This document shows, piece by piece, positions 27,344 through 39,850 of a stretch of 64,000 nt of DNA (positions are counted from its first letter, which is position 1; every line of letters begins with the position of its first letter). The translations under genes were made by a program, and so were the position numbers. The stretch covers positions 26,166,001 to 26,230,000 of the forward strand of contig NC_087245.1 of the NCBI RefSeq assembly GCF_037042905.1. Direction: 5' to 3'. This DNA is from Lytechinus pictus. Its lineage: Eukaryota. The notes below the pieces were generated by a model. It saw only the letters and a list, made by a program, of their open reading frames with translations. It was not told the origin of the DNA and did not search any database.

Positions 27344-30300
27344 ATGATTTGAAATGTATCTATATGATCTTATGTATTGTAAATATGTAATTTTTTTTAA
27401 TGATTTTGAAATAAAAACACTGATTTGAATTGAATTGAGTCCACGATATCACAATGTATCTCTATAAATTATTATACCACGTAGCTATCCCACATATGCT
27501 CAAACAAAGATTATGATTAAAATTTATTCTCCAGTCATTCAATAAGTGGACGAAAAACCGTGACACCAGGAACATGAATACATTGCTACCCGAGGTGCAG
27601 GTGCAGATCAAGGGAGAGGGGGGGGGGGGTTACACGAAGCCTTACAAAATGGTAACCTCCGTTCTTTTTCATTACTCCTCTCCTCCTCTCTGGCATAAAC
27701 CCACAGATGACATGCATGAGATCACGAGAAATGAGTTTCGCCAAATTTTGACATCTTTTAAATTGATGTTTGTTAATCACGGAAGTGGTTTACGGTACAC
27801 CATGTGTAAAGTCCTGAAAGGACTGAGATAAAGGTAGTTAGAGATACAACTGAAATGGATATGCAAGAAAGTCAAGGTTGGGATGGGAAGTATATCCTTT
27901 TCGGAATGAGTGTAGTCCTTAAAATTTTTGTTAAATGAAATGTCTAAATGTTATTTGCATAATGTTACATCATACATACTATTTTGTCATCATGATGAAC
28001 GCAACCTGCTGACTAATGAAAAGTTAAACATGTAGTATACTAACTAAGATATGTACTGACGACATCAATAATAAACACATATGCATATTGAATTAATAGC
28101 TGCAATAGCGGTAAGATCGTAGAAGTAATTTTCTGTCGTACAGACAAGACAGTTCTCTGTCGTACATGAACTGCCAATCGTATGGCGTACAGACAGCCAC
28201 TGATGTTCAGATCAAGAAGCCTGTGAGTCCTAAGAGGATAAGGAGAAACCTTCTTGCTGAGTTTTTGAGTGCTTGGAGATTCAAGAAAGGGTGATTTGGT
28301 CCCTCTGGATAAGATAACGGAAGACATTATTCCAGAGGTCTAATCCAGACAGATAAATAGCCTTCGTGATGGTCACTTTACCGCTTCACCTTGCGTAGGT
28401 AACAACTTAGACATGGGGATTCAACGTTGTAGATGATGCATCGAGTTGACAAGACCAAAATTACAATGGAATTGCATGGTGATGGTTGGTCGGATTTCTC
28501 AATGATCATCAGTATGATATCCTTTGTTTTGTTAGAGGAAACATGTTGGAGCGGATGACAAAAAAATAGTCTTCTAATAATTTAGTTTGAGATTTTCAAC
28601 AAAGAATCAACTGGTACAATTATTGAGTTACCATGCGCTGCATCAATAACTTGAGTTGCAGCAGAGTTATCATAAAAATTTACCCAATGAACCATTAAAA
28701 ATTATCCCCAGCGTACAATGGAACAGATTTAAAGAGTGAACTATAATGGTCCGATGACAGAAACTTGCTGGATTTCATAAGGCAATCCATAAGATAAGAA
28801 AGGTGGCGTGAGATTATAAATATTCCGATCCCGAAGTACTATGATCGGGATCGGATACCCTGGAGCGCAAGTCCTATTATACCCGGAATGTAAAGACGGA
28901 TGGGCATATTTCCATGGTCTAATTTGTGAAACACAAATAAGTGCCTTTCCTTTCTGACTGACTTGTAGGGTATTGCAAGAAACACAGTTTACGTTCATTT
29001 GCAAATGAAGCATAAGTCCCAAACTGGAGCGTAACAGAACGTTGCAAGAAAGTTGAGTATAACGCAAATATTGGCCTTACGCTTACGCTTGATTTGGATT
29101 TAAACAGTAGTTTCTTGCAACGCGCCATAAGTTTTGGGGACATCAGTCTGAATCTAAGCCGTAATTGTCTTGTTATTAATTCTAACGTTTATCTTAGAGT
29201 ACCTTGGGTATTTTTTATAATTGAAATATCAAACACTTTATCCCACTTATGATTAGGTATTATAGAATCATTATCTTCGTTGGCTTATGACCAACATAAC
29301 CAAAGCGTGTCCAGTGAATAGAAGGTGAAAGGACTGAATGCCTGAACTCCGGCCTGATTTTCTTCTTACATTAAAACCTTTGTCAGACTGAAATACCGCA
29401 GAGACGATTCCACCAGCGATATGATTATTAATCTGACCCAGCCCTGAACACTGACACAAATCACACCCAACTTCACACAAACATATGGACGGATTGCATT
29501 TACCCCAACCCCAAACACATACCTGCAGCAATATTCAATAGCCTTTGATAGAAATCAATTTCCCGCCAAAAATCTCCAATCACCTGCCTTACTTCCTGTA
29601 GAGATTGTGAAACAGGTGTTTTGACGAGCTTTCTTGCGATTTTCGCCATGTCGAAATGACAGCAGAGATTCATTTTCCAGGCTTCATGAACTCGACCGAT
29701 GGAATAGCAATCAATAACACTGGTGTATGATAACTTTAGCACAATGTTTATGATAATTATGCAAATAATACAAGTTCTTCATAATTACGATGAATATCAT
29801 TAAAAGGACCGGGGTTCTAAGAATTAATTTGTTTATGAAAGATAAGTGTTGGGGATATCAGTCTGAATGTCAATTATAAGCCATAACATTTAAATGTAAA
29901 ATTGAATGTAATCAGAAGACATGGAATAATGGAAATCTTCTTGATTTGGAATAATATGTATGATTTAAAGATAAAACTAAGGATGTCTTGATTGTTAATG
30001 CCTTTGGTAGACATATTCATCTACAGTAGCTCTTCAAGTTGCATAAATTACTGATGCATTGGCAAAGTTACTATTCAAAATACATATTCAGACTAAAGAA
30101 AAACTAAGGAAATACACGTCCCCTCCAAAAAAAGCATTGTAGGTATACGAAGAGAAAGTGGTGGTTCGAACTGATACTGTCATGTGTCAAAGAGGATTTT
30201 CAGGGTATATATCTTGCTAATGTGGGGATTGTGTTTTCATCGAGGAAGCCGTATAAGCGCAAGTTGAATCTTATATTTATGAATGCGATTTGCTCTGAAA

Positions 30301-31512
30301 CCTTCGATCCCGGACATATTCGAACTTCTGATGCATAATACATTTACGAACTTTGGTAAATTTTAACTTTCTACAAAATATTTTTCTACATGTACAAAGA
30401 CTGTATTATTATTATCATGTAAGTACTCTATTTTTATGATAATATACTTACAATATCGAATCTGAAGCGTTGAAAAACGGCACCGAATAGCTTATTAACC
30501 AGCGATTTGTCTTATTGCAGTCAAAATATGGATTTGACCATGTTCCATGCTTACTAGTCACAAAGAAAGAAGATATATTCTCTGATATTCCATTGGTAGT
30601 CTCATTTAGTCTTCGGATCACTATGTGATTTTGAAGGGGAAAGCTTGCCCTGTCAATGGACGGATGTGCATCTAAAATACCATTTCCACTAAGGATTGGG
30701 TGATTTTGAACTTTATCCTCATCAACGTTTATCTCGTTAATCGTGGAGCTTCCAGGACCCCTGCGAAATGCGCAAGAAGAAAACAAATCCTCTCCAATGT
30801 ATGCGAATGAAATGCAACAGCCCATTATTTCTTTATTACTCTCTACGTTCGTTCGTACAAGCGAGAAGTAAAGTGATTTCTCATTAAATACGCTGGATGG
30901 GGAAGGGTTACCTTGACCAAAGAAGGTGTTGAGGAGATTGGCAGTATATACCGCTGTGCTATTAACGTTTCTTATTGAGTCAAAATCAATGATTTGAGAC
31001 AGCACATCGTGCTCTACATCATCCGATACCCAGTCAAAGTGCGAATGCCACCCACACTTTCCTTCATCTAGGGTTTGAGATCGTTTAAGTACGTTAAGGA
31101 AGCTTGTTACAGGGTTAGGACTCTCCAGTATACTTTCTAAATTAAACACTTCTCTTCTCTCTCTCGACTGAATAACAATTTTCTGATTTATATCATGTTT
31201 AACAGTATTGGCCATTTCACCTTGTGGAGGATTAATCGTTCCAATGTCGTTATAGCTTGGCGCATAGAGCGGTAGTTTTCGACTTTTTGTTTCATTAGCA
31301 TGTGGTCTCGAATGCACTCTCGTATCGTTCTTCAGACTTCTGTTATGGCGCCCGGAGAGACGATGGGGGTTCAGAACTTGATCAATGTATCCTTGTGGGA
31401 CCTTTCCATTCACGCTGTACAAACCTTCAGCTCTTTCTGGAGAAACATTCTTGCAGACACACACTGTAACAAATGTCCCTATCAATAAATATGCTAATCC
31501 GTATCCTTCCAT
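7139..31512 (-). CDS. GPR158/GPR179-like class C orphan GPCR (metabotropic glycine receptor family), complete 9-exon gene, 886 aa
   Basis: Hand-spliced exons 31512-30452, 16505-16400, 15791-15435, 13916-13738, 12072-11834, 10549-10411, 9928-9823, 9465-9298, 7444-7139. All are GT-AG with matching phases (2661 nt). Contains a signal peptide, Cache-domain motif GTWSNPYFDC..WLISYSVPFF, DIDQC + EGF-like/Cys-rich region, 7TM with LKIYR, EFHETRY..AIYNE and IFIPK, and tail EDVREELKRLYTQLELYKTK..DNPHL matching the GPR158 EDIRDELKKLYAQLE..NNPHL motif. One-to-one orthology is not established, so no symbol is given. Confidence 0.93.
7800..9050 (+). mobile_element. 5'-truncated, decayed non-LTR retrotransposon of the restriction-like endonuclease group (Hero-like), in GPR158-like intron 8
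   Basis: Frameshifted peptides PDIHTGRKWNA..VGPMQTNRTGLG, QGAWCRWEGVEPRFLSWNNTWKMETDRLKFLLRATHDVLPS, zinc knuckle CGKKGSLRHVLSNC..GRYT..WRHNEIL, and RDWQLVSDLDEQMTFP..STNMRPGMVVWSK (degenerate RPD nuclease motif). Boundaries approximate; clade assigned from recalled motifs. Confidence 0.82.
9298..9465 (-). CDS. GPR158-like exon 8 (proximal C-tail)
   Basis: cgctttag|LIVLHKLIHNEEFRER..FNAEDVR|GTAAGT, phase 0-0. Confidence 0.88.
9823..9928 (-). CDS. GPR158-like exon 7 (TM7); not in ORF track
   Basis: ttttcag|HFLWSTTPPDWTFLMTFIHSQLTITVMVSIIFIPK|GTAAAT. Confidence 0.92.
10411..10549 (-). CDS. GPR158-like exon 6 (TM5-TM6)
   Basis: tttgtatag|EFLFLLFAIYLCYAVRAAPCEFHETRYITVAIYNETILSVFLHVL|GTGAGT. 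Confidence 0.92.
11834..12072 (-). CDS. GPR158-like exon 5 (ICL2, TM4, ECL2)
   Basis: attcag|KLAIFQTRSATRVLVRDRDVLKWLL..CEVRWWDYVIDV|GTAAGT. Confidence 0.92.
12886..13079. mobile_element. CACTA/EnSpm-like MITE
   Basis: cacagtaaa..cacgctgttt / aaacagcgtgtttacagtg ends, internal ttgtttaaa repeats. Confidence 0.6.
13157..13252. repeat. Compound trinucleotide microsatellite (GAT/GTT/CAA/CTA/TAA)
   Basis: Direct reading. Confidence 0.9.
13262..13484. mobile_element. CACTA/EnSpm-like MITE
   Basis: cacttaaaatgttgggcaa / ttgcccaactattttaagagtg with TA flanks. Confidence 0.55.
13738..13916 (-). CDS. GPR158-like exon 4 (TM2-TM3)
   Basis: acag|VICCDSPWMLVVLLIGAFVLY..WLRGWGFAIAYGMLVLKIY(R)|GTTGGT. 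Confidence 0.92.
14325..15081. mobile_element. hAT-like non-autonomous element
   Basis: TIR caggggcgtcgatcc / ggatcgacgcctctg, perfect 8-bp TSD ggcacaag, three internal atgcga(g/c)cgcgaag(c/t)gcgagct repeats. Confidence 0.88.
15435..15791 (-). CDS. GPR158-like exon 3 (EGF-like/Cys-rich domain + TM1)
   Basis: tttccgcag|CVPVSRRGFSSGSYQCVCKDRFYFP..CRPCREGCTTC..RNRTAK|GTAGGT. Confidence 0.93.
16400..16505 (-). CDS. GPR158-like exon 2
   Basis: ttttttcag|A GGC ATA..; GIVSVDMDLMSMDIDQCDNGTGIFAGTHKCRNTTT; donor GTAAGT. Confidence 0.92.
16765..16830 (-). mobile_element. Degenerate tRNA-like SINE head fragment
   Basis: Minus strand ggtggctgattgtctaaggcatccgactagagacatgtaagttctaggttcgagctcc has A-box-like and B-box-like motifs but no intact cloverleaf. 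Confidence 0.5.
17010..17287 (-). mobile_element. tRNA-derived SINE, copy 2
   Basis: Shares acctcacctgggtcgagtgcagcaca..gataaatttcttgctgaagg..gccatggct..ttcgaac with copy 1. Confidence 0.85.
17585..17805 (+). mobile_element. Decayed CR1/L2-type LINE reverse-transcriptase fragment
   Basis: AFDRVNHGVLVQKLIQL .. SYLSGPIHSVKV .. TGLPKGAK(W)GPLLF with stops/frameshifts, matching RT motifs AFDxVxH and GVPQGxxLGPLLF. Confidence 0.7.
21912..22076. mobile_element. CACTA/EnSpm-like MITE
   Basis: TIR cactgtaaaaaa / ttttttacagtg, TA flanks. Confidence 0.75.
22090..22274. mobile_element. hAT-like MITE
   Basis: cagtggcggaacca / tggacccgcccctg ends, perfect 8-bp TSD cagaagac. Confidence 0.85.
27154..27340. 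repeat. Two (TA)n microsatellites flanking an L2-type tail
   Basis: Direct reading. Confidence 0.85.
27220..27290 (+). mobile_element. L2-type LINE/SINE 3' tail
   Basis: tgtgaagcgctttgag..aagcgctatataaatgcca(att)n; similar tails near 12510-12610 and 35635-35705. Confidence 0.6.
30452..31512 (-). CDS. GPR158-like exon 1 (signal peptide, N-terminal region, Cache domain)
   Basis: 354-aa ORF starting MEGYGLAYLLIGTFVTVCVC; donor TT|GTAAGT at 30451, phase 2. Confidence 0.92.
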
Positions 31513-32005
31513 GTTGCTGTAGTAGCTTACCCTGGACGCATTGGTCGTATGAGGTATATCTTCACAAAAAATAATATTACTTGGTCCGTTTTAAAAGACG
31601 CCAAAAGAAAATTATCCTCATAAGTGGAGAATGATATTTTCTTCCTCTTTTCAAACGACTAGATTCCTTTGATGCGAGAATGGAATATGTACGTACTCTC
31701 CCTCCTGCTCATATGTGCATATATTGATAATCGGTAAACTCCATTCACGTAGATGAAGAGGAAAATACACTGCACCAGTCTGGTTTGAGCATAATCAGTC
31801 GAGCTGGAAACAAGAGAGTGGTTCGCTTTCTCCTTTACAAACCAGTGGTAAAAACGTACACATCTGAAATAATGCGCCCCATACACTGAAGAAATGAAAT
31901 CAGCAAGTGTGCGTATGCATGCATCCTACGAGTATCGTGTTGTGTTATGGGGGTGTGTGTTAGGATGCGTGTGTGTGTGCGTGAGTGTTTTGTGTGGGTA
32001 TGCGT

Positions 32006-32045
<40 letters not shown>

Positions 32046-32435
32046 TGCATGTAGTAGTATCGGGGTTCTCCACCAGAATTCAAAGCTATCTTGTGTAGCT
32101 TGGAACGGGACGCCGTTACATAGCCTTCATGGCCACAGCAGGCTGCTGTAGATAATGCGATGCACATGAGCATCTAAAAAATAAATATAAATCAAGAGCC
32201 ACGAATTCAAAAGATTTCCACCCGTGGCGTCATAATGTACGTAAAGCAGATAGTTGGAAATTTGATGTCATTTTGAGTATAATTGTATTTTATTTTTAGA
32301 TACGTCGGAAGCAGGATACAGAGTCAGAAGCCGCATTTATACGTACTTTTACATATATATTTATAGATAAATTCGTGATACGGGCTTTCACAATTGATCG
32401 TTCACTTTTTAAACCACAGTAATCTGCTAAAAGAC

Positions 32436-32470
32436 TATATACATATACATACATACATACATATATATAA

Positions 32471-32511
<41 letters not shown>

Positions 32512-32523
32512 CACACACACACC

Positions 32524-32605
<82 letters not shown>
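32436..32605. repeat. (TA)n/(TACA)n/(CA)n compound microsatellite upstream of the GPR158-like gene
   Basis: Direct reading; additional (TG)n at ~32012-32038. Confidence 0.95.
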
Positions 32606-32612
<7 letters not shown>

Positions 32613-35600
32613 GACAATGTGATGGTAAGGATAAAATAAAGAAGCATCAGTCATGGCAAAAATCTTCAAATTAAAAACCAAATATACATCCTACAGATGA
32701 ATACTACCCCTCATTCTATTCCCCTTTTCTTTGATACGCCATTATGTGTATTTCTATATAATGGTGAGTAGTTCATTGATATCTATAATACAAGGTGTGG
32801 ATAATAATTATGAAATAATTTGTCAGGATGCCAAGATGCACTTATTGTACACCTATCTCGGGTACAAGGGTAAAATTTTTATTCGCTTTGCTTATTTTTC
32901 TTTCTTTTTATTTTGTCTTTTATTTGTTGCTTTTTAGTTAACTCGGTTATATTGAGTATGAATTCTATCTGTTCTATAATATAGACTATAAAGTAGATAT
33001 AAATGTAACAAATTTCCCGCAGGCGATTATATCTTAGCAATAAAGCAGTATTTAATTCAAAAATATATCAATATAAATAATAGCCTATCATAATTTCAAA
33101 ATATATTGATTTTATCTCAGATCCTTGCTCAACACTCAGTACAGCTGTTTTTTAAATAATAAATAAGACTTTTGATATACATTACATAAAGCAAACAGGT
33201 GTTATGCAAGTACCTTAATTTTGTGTGTGTGATAATGAATAGGATTATGTTATGAAAAAGGGGAAAAATACAACTTTGTTACCCTCAGTTATTTCCATTT
33301 TTATTCTCTCCTTTTTTTGTGGTTGAAATAGCACTCTGATTTTTGTTTGTGTTTTAACCCGCTTCATAAATCCTATTATCTGTATTGCTGTTATATCATC
33401 ATCATTATTCTTATTGTCACAATTAAAATTATCATTACCAAAATATGATAATGATAATAATATTATTATTATCATAATAATAATGACTATCATAATAACA
33501 TTATCATTATGATATATATCATTATCATAATCATAATCATAATTAGATGTTATTGTTCTGTACCCGTCATTGTTTTCACAGCTATGTTATCTTCATCTGA
33601 CTTGGATGAGGTGGCACACCACTCGGTATTGATTTTGCATTCAATATTACCTTGTAATTGAATAAATTCATGATGAAACACGATATTGATTGAACTTGGT
33701 CAATCTCTATATAATCATCTTGCCTTGAGATCTGATGAGCCTTTTGGCATCCTCCATATTCTGACGTCATATTCTCTATTATTGGCACAGAACAAAGTCA
33801 TATGCACGATATACCGAATGAGTAAAATAAGAATACATCTGAAATATTGCCAATTTAACATTAATCAGAGTCCTTGTCATGAACACGTGATTATTATAAA
33901 CGTTCAGACAGAGTCTCCTTTCCCATATTATGATTAATTGGATAATGAGGAGGCATTTTTTGGAATGATGTAAAATTCGATTTGTATCACATGGATGTGA
34001 GGAATGAAACCAGCTGTCAATGAAACCATAATATTACGAATTGCAGTAAAATACCTTGCAAAATAGCTATTTCAAAAAATAACATGATCATTATTTAATC
34101 ACACGTTTTGGTAATGATTCTCATATTAATTTAATTGAAAAGTAATTACGCAAGTGTTGTGTAGTCAATGTACCTCAGCCAGATTAGACAGCAGCGGCTC
34201 AAGACATAAACTACTCATAAACATGATAAAGTTATGGCCCTTACCAAGGCTACAATATTTGTATTATGTACGCTATATTACACCCCCAAAAGAATATAGT
34301 ATATTGCTTTTTGATATTATGATATTTTCCGAGCAAAAAGATGTAGTACCTCACATTCTTCAAGAAATGTTTTAATCTCATTGTTTAAAGAAAGCACAGC
34401 TATATTTCCGTTGCCGTTCTCAAAATAAATTTATGTTTTACTTAAATAAACTCTCCGTTCAATCAGCATAATAAACTTCATGTACTTTCTATAACACGCT
34501 ACAGACATGATTGTATATCCTGAAAATGATTTCAGCAGATATGAATGCACAACACAAAGGAAAAGGCCAGAGAGACAATTATTAGGTACGTTGATCGATT
34601 CAACTTCAATTCAGAATGGTCGCATTTGTAATGGGATTTCTCGGAAAAATTCGGGAGTTTATTATAAAAGTCATTTGGTAAATTCGATGTATTTATGAAA
34701 GGGTTGTCCTGGATTGCTCAAGCAATATAGTTTTGTCACATAATATAGTTAAAAATGAATATTTGAGGGGTACATACAGTGTATCTTTTTTTATTGAAAT
34801 CAATCAACTCTGTACTTGCAACAGTTATTCGATTCGCGCTTATAGATAAGCATCTTGTGCATTGAAATCCAATTAATTACACATTCCTCAAGACCATGCA
34901 GGGACCGTGCGACCATGTACCTTCCCTCACGCAAAAATAGTGAGGGGGAATAAGAAATAAAATAATAAAAACGAAGGAGTCTTGGGTCAAAACAGACTCG
35001 TCCGCGCAAGCCGACCCCCATTAAACATTAAATTTAAAAAAAAACAGTAGAAGACAAAGTAAAGATCGAGGGAATGAAAAAAAGGGAATAAAGCGCAAAA
35101 AGGGAGGGACAAAATAAGAGGAAGACGAAAGAAACAGGGCGGAAAAGGAAGAGGGGAATAGGGAAGAAATGCAGATTGCGACCCCCCCCCCCTCATAATA
35201 AAGAATCTTGGAGATTTAAAGTCGTTATCTCCTGTCATACCATTATAGATAGAGAGCTATAATTGTCTCGTTTTCTAATAAAAAGAAATAGGTCAGGTTT
35301 CGCTTCGCTCTTGCCTGATTTGTGAGATGCGAATCTATTCGTGTTCATGATTCTAGGAAAGTTCCCATGTCTCGCGGAATTTGTTTGGTAAGATACGTAG
35401 CCTAATCATGGATTTGTACAAAATAATGTACCCCAAAAAAAAGAGTCGTTCGAGATCGGCCTATACAGAAAGTGGTTAGATTTATCTGTTTTCATAACGT
35501 TATATCAACTGAATTTTCAGTTCGCGTTTTGCGCTTGCATTATTTTAAATTATATCAAATCAGATATGCTTCATCATAACGATTACAAAGTGTCTTAACT

Positions 35601-36679
35601 TTATCTTTATTTGTTTATTAATTCATTTTGCTCTTAAGCACCTTAGGCATCTAATGAAGATATGAATATGGAAGTGCGCTATGTAAATCTTATGTATTAT
35701 TATAATTCATCTATTTTTGCAAATAGATCACCCCTCCCCCATAAATGACATTCATCATTGTAGCAGGGTTGTAGCTTTCCAAAGGTTGTAAATGAAACTC
35801 AAATGAAGGGCCGAAACTACAGTTAAGCTAGTACATCTGCAGCATAATCAGTGGCAGTGGCCGGAAACGAAAATTCATTTATTTTTGTGCGTGTGTTTGT
35901 GTGTGTGTGTGGGAGGTAGCTAGGTTTAGAACGTGTGAGAGGTAGCTACTGTTTAAAACGTGTGCCAATATTCAAATGTGGGGGTCACATCCAAGTCCGT
36001 ACGTATCCAAAGTTGATGGGGGTGTCTGCTGTTGCCCTCCACACCTCCAAATTGTGAAAACTCACAACTATAAAGTTTACTTTAATTTACCAAAATTATA
36101 CACTAAATTATTTCCTTGTGATACGCACGCAGTCGCTTTGCTTCCTCGCTTTCCAGTTTTTTGATAAAATATTGTGGACACCCCCCTAGCTTTCCGGGAA
36201 AAGTTTAGCGTACAGACCCAAATGCCACATAAATATATGTGACAGGGACTCTCTCCCCCAAAATATGCCCCTGGAAATCCCCCCCCCCCTGTCATGACCC
36301 AGCATTGCCTCCGATGTGCCAAGCTGCTACTGGGCATAATTTTCTTGAATTTTCCCATTCTGAATAAATGTAAATTTGAAACTGTTTTCAAAAGATTCAG
36401 CGTTATATACAGACAGAGAGGGCAGTATGCATTCTATAGTATTAGTGTTCCTAATACAGGAACACTATATAGTATCTGCCATCTCTGATTGCCCAAGGAG
36501 GAAGAGAAAATGGTAGGAAATAGGATGAAAAGTTGAAGGGTTATTAAAAAGTTTTTTTTTAATCACCAATTGGCTCTGTCTGGCCCCCCTTTTTTTCTCG
36601 CAACGCCACTGATTTGAACCATCAATAAAGCAAGAAGAGCTATTTATAGCCAAAAAGATTAAGTTTTAGTTTGTTTTCC

Positions 36680-37217
36680 TTAAAGGGGATCGTTCACCCT
36701 GACGAAAAGTCTATTGTTTAAAAAAAAACACAGTAAAATAATAAAGTATAGTGGTAATTGATTGAGGAAATATTCATCACAGATTAAAAAAAATATTAGA
36801 GTTTAATTTCAATTGATTTATTTGTGATGTTGCAAGTCACTTTCCTATATATTGTCTAGTACAAGATCAATGAAATGCCATTTTCTAAAAATGAAAATGG
36901 TCTTTATTGTACCTGTGGTATATCAACAGACAAATTATTTTAAACCCGCTCTTTAAAGAAAAATAAATTTTAGCCATCATGAACAATTATAGAATTAAAA
37001 TGTATGCAGTTTATATAACTTATTACTCATAGGCCCTATTACATAACGATACATAGGCATCAGCTCGCAAATGACGTCACAAGTAAACCTTAATATTCTA
37101 ATAATTTTCTTTATCTTTCATGGGTTTTCCTCAAACTTTCACTAATATATTTGTCTTTTTCTGGTATTTTTGAAAAAACAAAAGAAAATCTTCCCCTAGG
37201 GTGAACTTTTCATTTGA
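36680..37217. mobile_element. TTAA-flanked (Kolobok-like) MITE, family A
   Basis: ttaaaggggatcgttcaccctg..agggtgaacttttcatttga; related copies at 38490-38955 and ~53872-54030. Confidence 0.65.
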
Positions 37218-37435
37218 CAGGAATGCCATATTTATTTGGAAATTATGCTGATTGGCCAAAGTTATATATAGATTCAGTTGCCAATAAAAACAAATATGAG
37301 AAATTCGAAAACCCCTGAAAAGACTCCTTTCCAAATCAATCGTTTCCTTTTTAAAGGGTTAGAACAGCTTTTCCTTCCAGAATGAAATATCTTTATTTAA
37401 AAATTGAATTATAACTGAGGGATTTCAATTACATA

Positions 37436-38125
37436 AACAAGTGAAGCGCCTCTGACAGTCTCATCTGCATTACGCGATTCAATACAGCAGCAGTGCTGAC
37501 TTTGAAAACTACTAAAAATAATTATTAAAAAAAAAACACAATTCATTTAATGATACAATACTACGTTCATTGACCCTAAATGATATTTGACCTTGATCAT
37601 GGAACCTAAGACTTGTCAGTGATACTTGATTCCCCCTATGTCCACATTTCATAAATTATATCCATAAACATTTAAAGTTATGACAGCAAGTTAATGATTA
37701 CCCCCAACACGGCCAAAGTTCATTTACCTTAACTGACGTTTGACTTTGGTCATGTGACCTGAAACTCGCACGAGATGTTCAGTGATATTTGATTACTCTT
37801 TATGTCCAAGTTTTATGAATCAGATCCATAAACTTTCGAAGCTATGATTGTGACTCAACAAATACCCCAACTTGGCCAAAGTTCATTGACCTTAAACGCC
37901 CTTTGACCTTGATCATGTGACTCGAAACTCAGACAGGATGTTTAGTAATACTTGATTAACCTTATGTCCAAGTTTCATGAACTAGGTTCGTATACTTTTA
38001 TAAGTTATACTGTCATTTCAAAAACTTAACCTTCGGATAAGATTTGACGTTGACGCCGCCGCCGCCGTCGGAAAAGCGGTACATGCCTATTATAGTCTCA
38101 TTCGGCTATGCAGGTGAGACAAAAA
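37436..38125. mobile_element. Helentron-associated (HINE/DINE-like) element with internal tandem repeats
   Basis: aacaag start and aaaaa end; subterminal inverted repeat gtctcatctgcat / atgcaggtgagac; three internal units with ttcattgacc..tttgaccttgatcatg..cttgatt..tatgtcca; partial copy at ~56660-56830. Confidence 0.65.
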
Positions 38126-38489
38126 CCCTCAAATAAAAAATTTGATTATTACCAGATCATTTTTTTAAATGGTCTATTTCTTCTTTTTATCATTTTTTGT
38201 TGTCTCTCCCATCGTTTTTATTCTCAAAATTATCTTGAGCTTTTTTTTCCCTTTTCGACCTATAATAACACATATTCGGGATCAAATAATGCATGAGTTA
38301 AAAAAACTTAAGAAGATATTCCCTATTATCAAAATCTTCTTAGGCCTATATTTGTTTATTTATACTTCTATTTCTTTCAAAATGTGTCTTTTAAGCTTTA
38401 TTATTTTATTATGTTCGTTGTTTATCTGTTGAAAGAGCAAGGGAATCGCAGCCGGTCACGGAGTGTGTAAAGCTCTCATACAGCCACAT

Positions 38490-38955
38490 TTAAAGGGGAA
38501 GTTCACCCTGACAAAAAGGATTCTTGAAAAAATAGCAGGAAAAAAATGATGAAAAATAATGGTGAAGGTTAATTTGAGAAAAATTCATTAAAGAATACAA
38601 AAAATTATTAGAAGTTTAATTATTTGATTTGTAGCCTCATAATAATATGCGAGCAGCTACCCTTCATGCCGTATGCATGTTAAAAATCAATGAAATGCCA
38701 GAAAGATGACGATAAATTTTATTTTACCTTTATAGTATATCATTAGAAACATTATTTTCACATCTGATGCTAAAATGAAAAGAAAAAAAAAACATTACGA
38801 ACTATTAAAATTTATAGTGGGCAGCTGCTCGTGTATAACGTCACAAATCAGAAACATAAAATTCAAATGATTTTATTTATTTCTGATGGATTTTCCTCAA
38901 ACCTTCACCAATATCTTTTATTTAGTTTTCCTGCTATAAAACTTTTCGTCAGGTG
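38490..38955. mobile_element. TTAA-flanked (Kolobok-like) MITE, family A, second copy
   Basis: ttaaaggggaagttcaccctgac..ttttcgtcagg; internal inverted gagcagct/agctgctc and ggtgaaggtt/aaccttcacc. Confidence 0.65.
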
Positions 38956-39338
38956 GGCGCGCCAGGGTTGCTGCCCTACAGCAAGGCCCTATATGAGCTA
39001 GCCCTCTACGTTCGTTGACCTACAGCAAAAGAAGGCAGATTTAGCAGAAGTATAAAAGGAACGGTACACTTCGCAAGGCAAGAAAAGGTACATTACATTG
39101 ACAATCGTCAGGTAGATTTACGGAAATTGTATTGTCAATTTAATGATGATTGATCGTGAATCATGTATCTTGAAAAAAACTATTCGTTTGTGTATGTAAA
39201 AGTTATTTCCACTCGGTGTCTGAATGTTCTACCACACTGTTGTAGTCCCACATGCTAATTTCTGTGTCACACGCACTTGCAACTCATTGTTGCAAGTAAG
39301 TTAGATCTAGGCCTACTGAGTCGAACTATATTTTATAT

Positions 39339-39850
39339 ATGATGGGGGGACCTAAAGCTACGCACTTTGTTTTCAAACGATAAAAACTATGTCAATTTTG
39401 ATATTTGAACAAATTATCTTTCACTAATTTGTGGCAAACATATCAAAGATCATTAACCAAGAAAAAAATATTGCAAAACTCACGTAATCCGTAATACGAA
39501 AATCCCGCCGTGTTTTCCGAACACCTCTTGATTATGCCGCCCGATGTAGACATGGTAGAAGGGGTCCTAAAGCTACGCACTCAATTTATCATGCAAAATG
39601 ATAGTATTTCCTGTGCCTCAATTTCTAAAATATGTTCACATAATATAGGATAAAATGAAATTAAAGTGAATATACATGATATAACTCAAAAATTCCAAAC
39701 TGTTGTTGGTTTTCTCTGCATTTAGAGATTTACTGCAGCCTCTAGAAAAAATTGAATAGGAACACAGAGTCGCATTTGCCATAAGAATTGCATGCGCGAT
39801 GAGTGGTGCGTAGCTTTAGGACCCGTGAAGCTTTAGGACCCCCTACCATA
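39339..39850. mobile_element. TA-flanked MITE (Tc1/mariner-like)
   Basis: gggggacctaaagctacgcac at left (repeated at ~39561); gtgcgtagctttaggaccc..agctttaggaccccctaccata at right. Confidence 0.65.

Noticed and set aside
28040..29742. Cluster of 74-108-aa minus-strand ORFs in GPCR intron 1
   Set aside because: No recognisable domain or consistent splice structure. Part overlaps a small inverted repeat (cgttgcaagaaa/tttcttgcaacg, 29040-29122). A decayed element cannot be excluded without a search.
31513..31535. Strong donor AGG|GTAAGC just upstream of the GPCR ATG
   Set aside because: Use would delete the signal peptide and whole ectodomain exon; a single motif with no further support
32296..32681. 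IY-repeat ORFs
   Set aside because: (TA)n microsatellite translations
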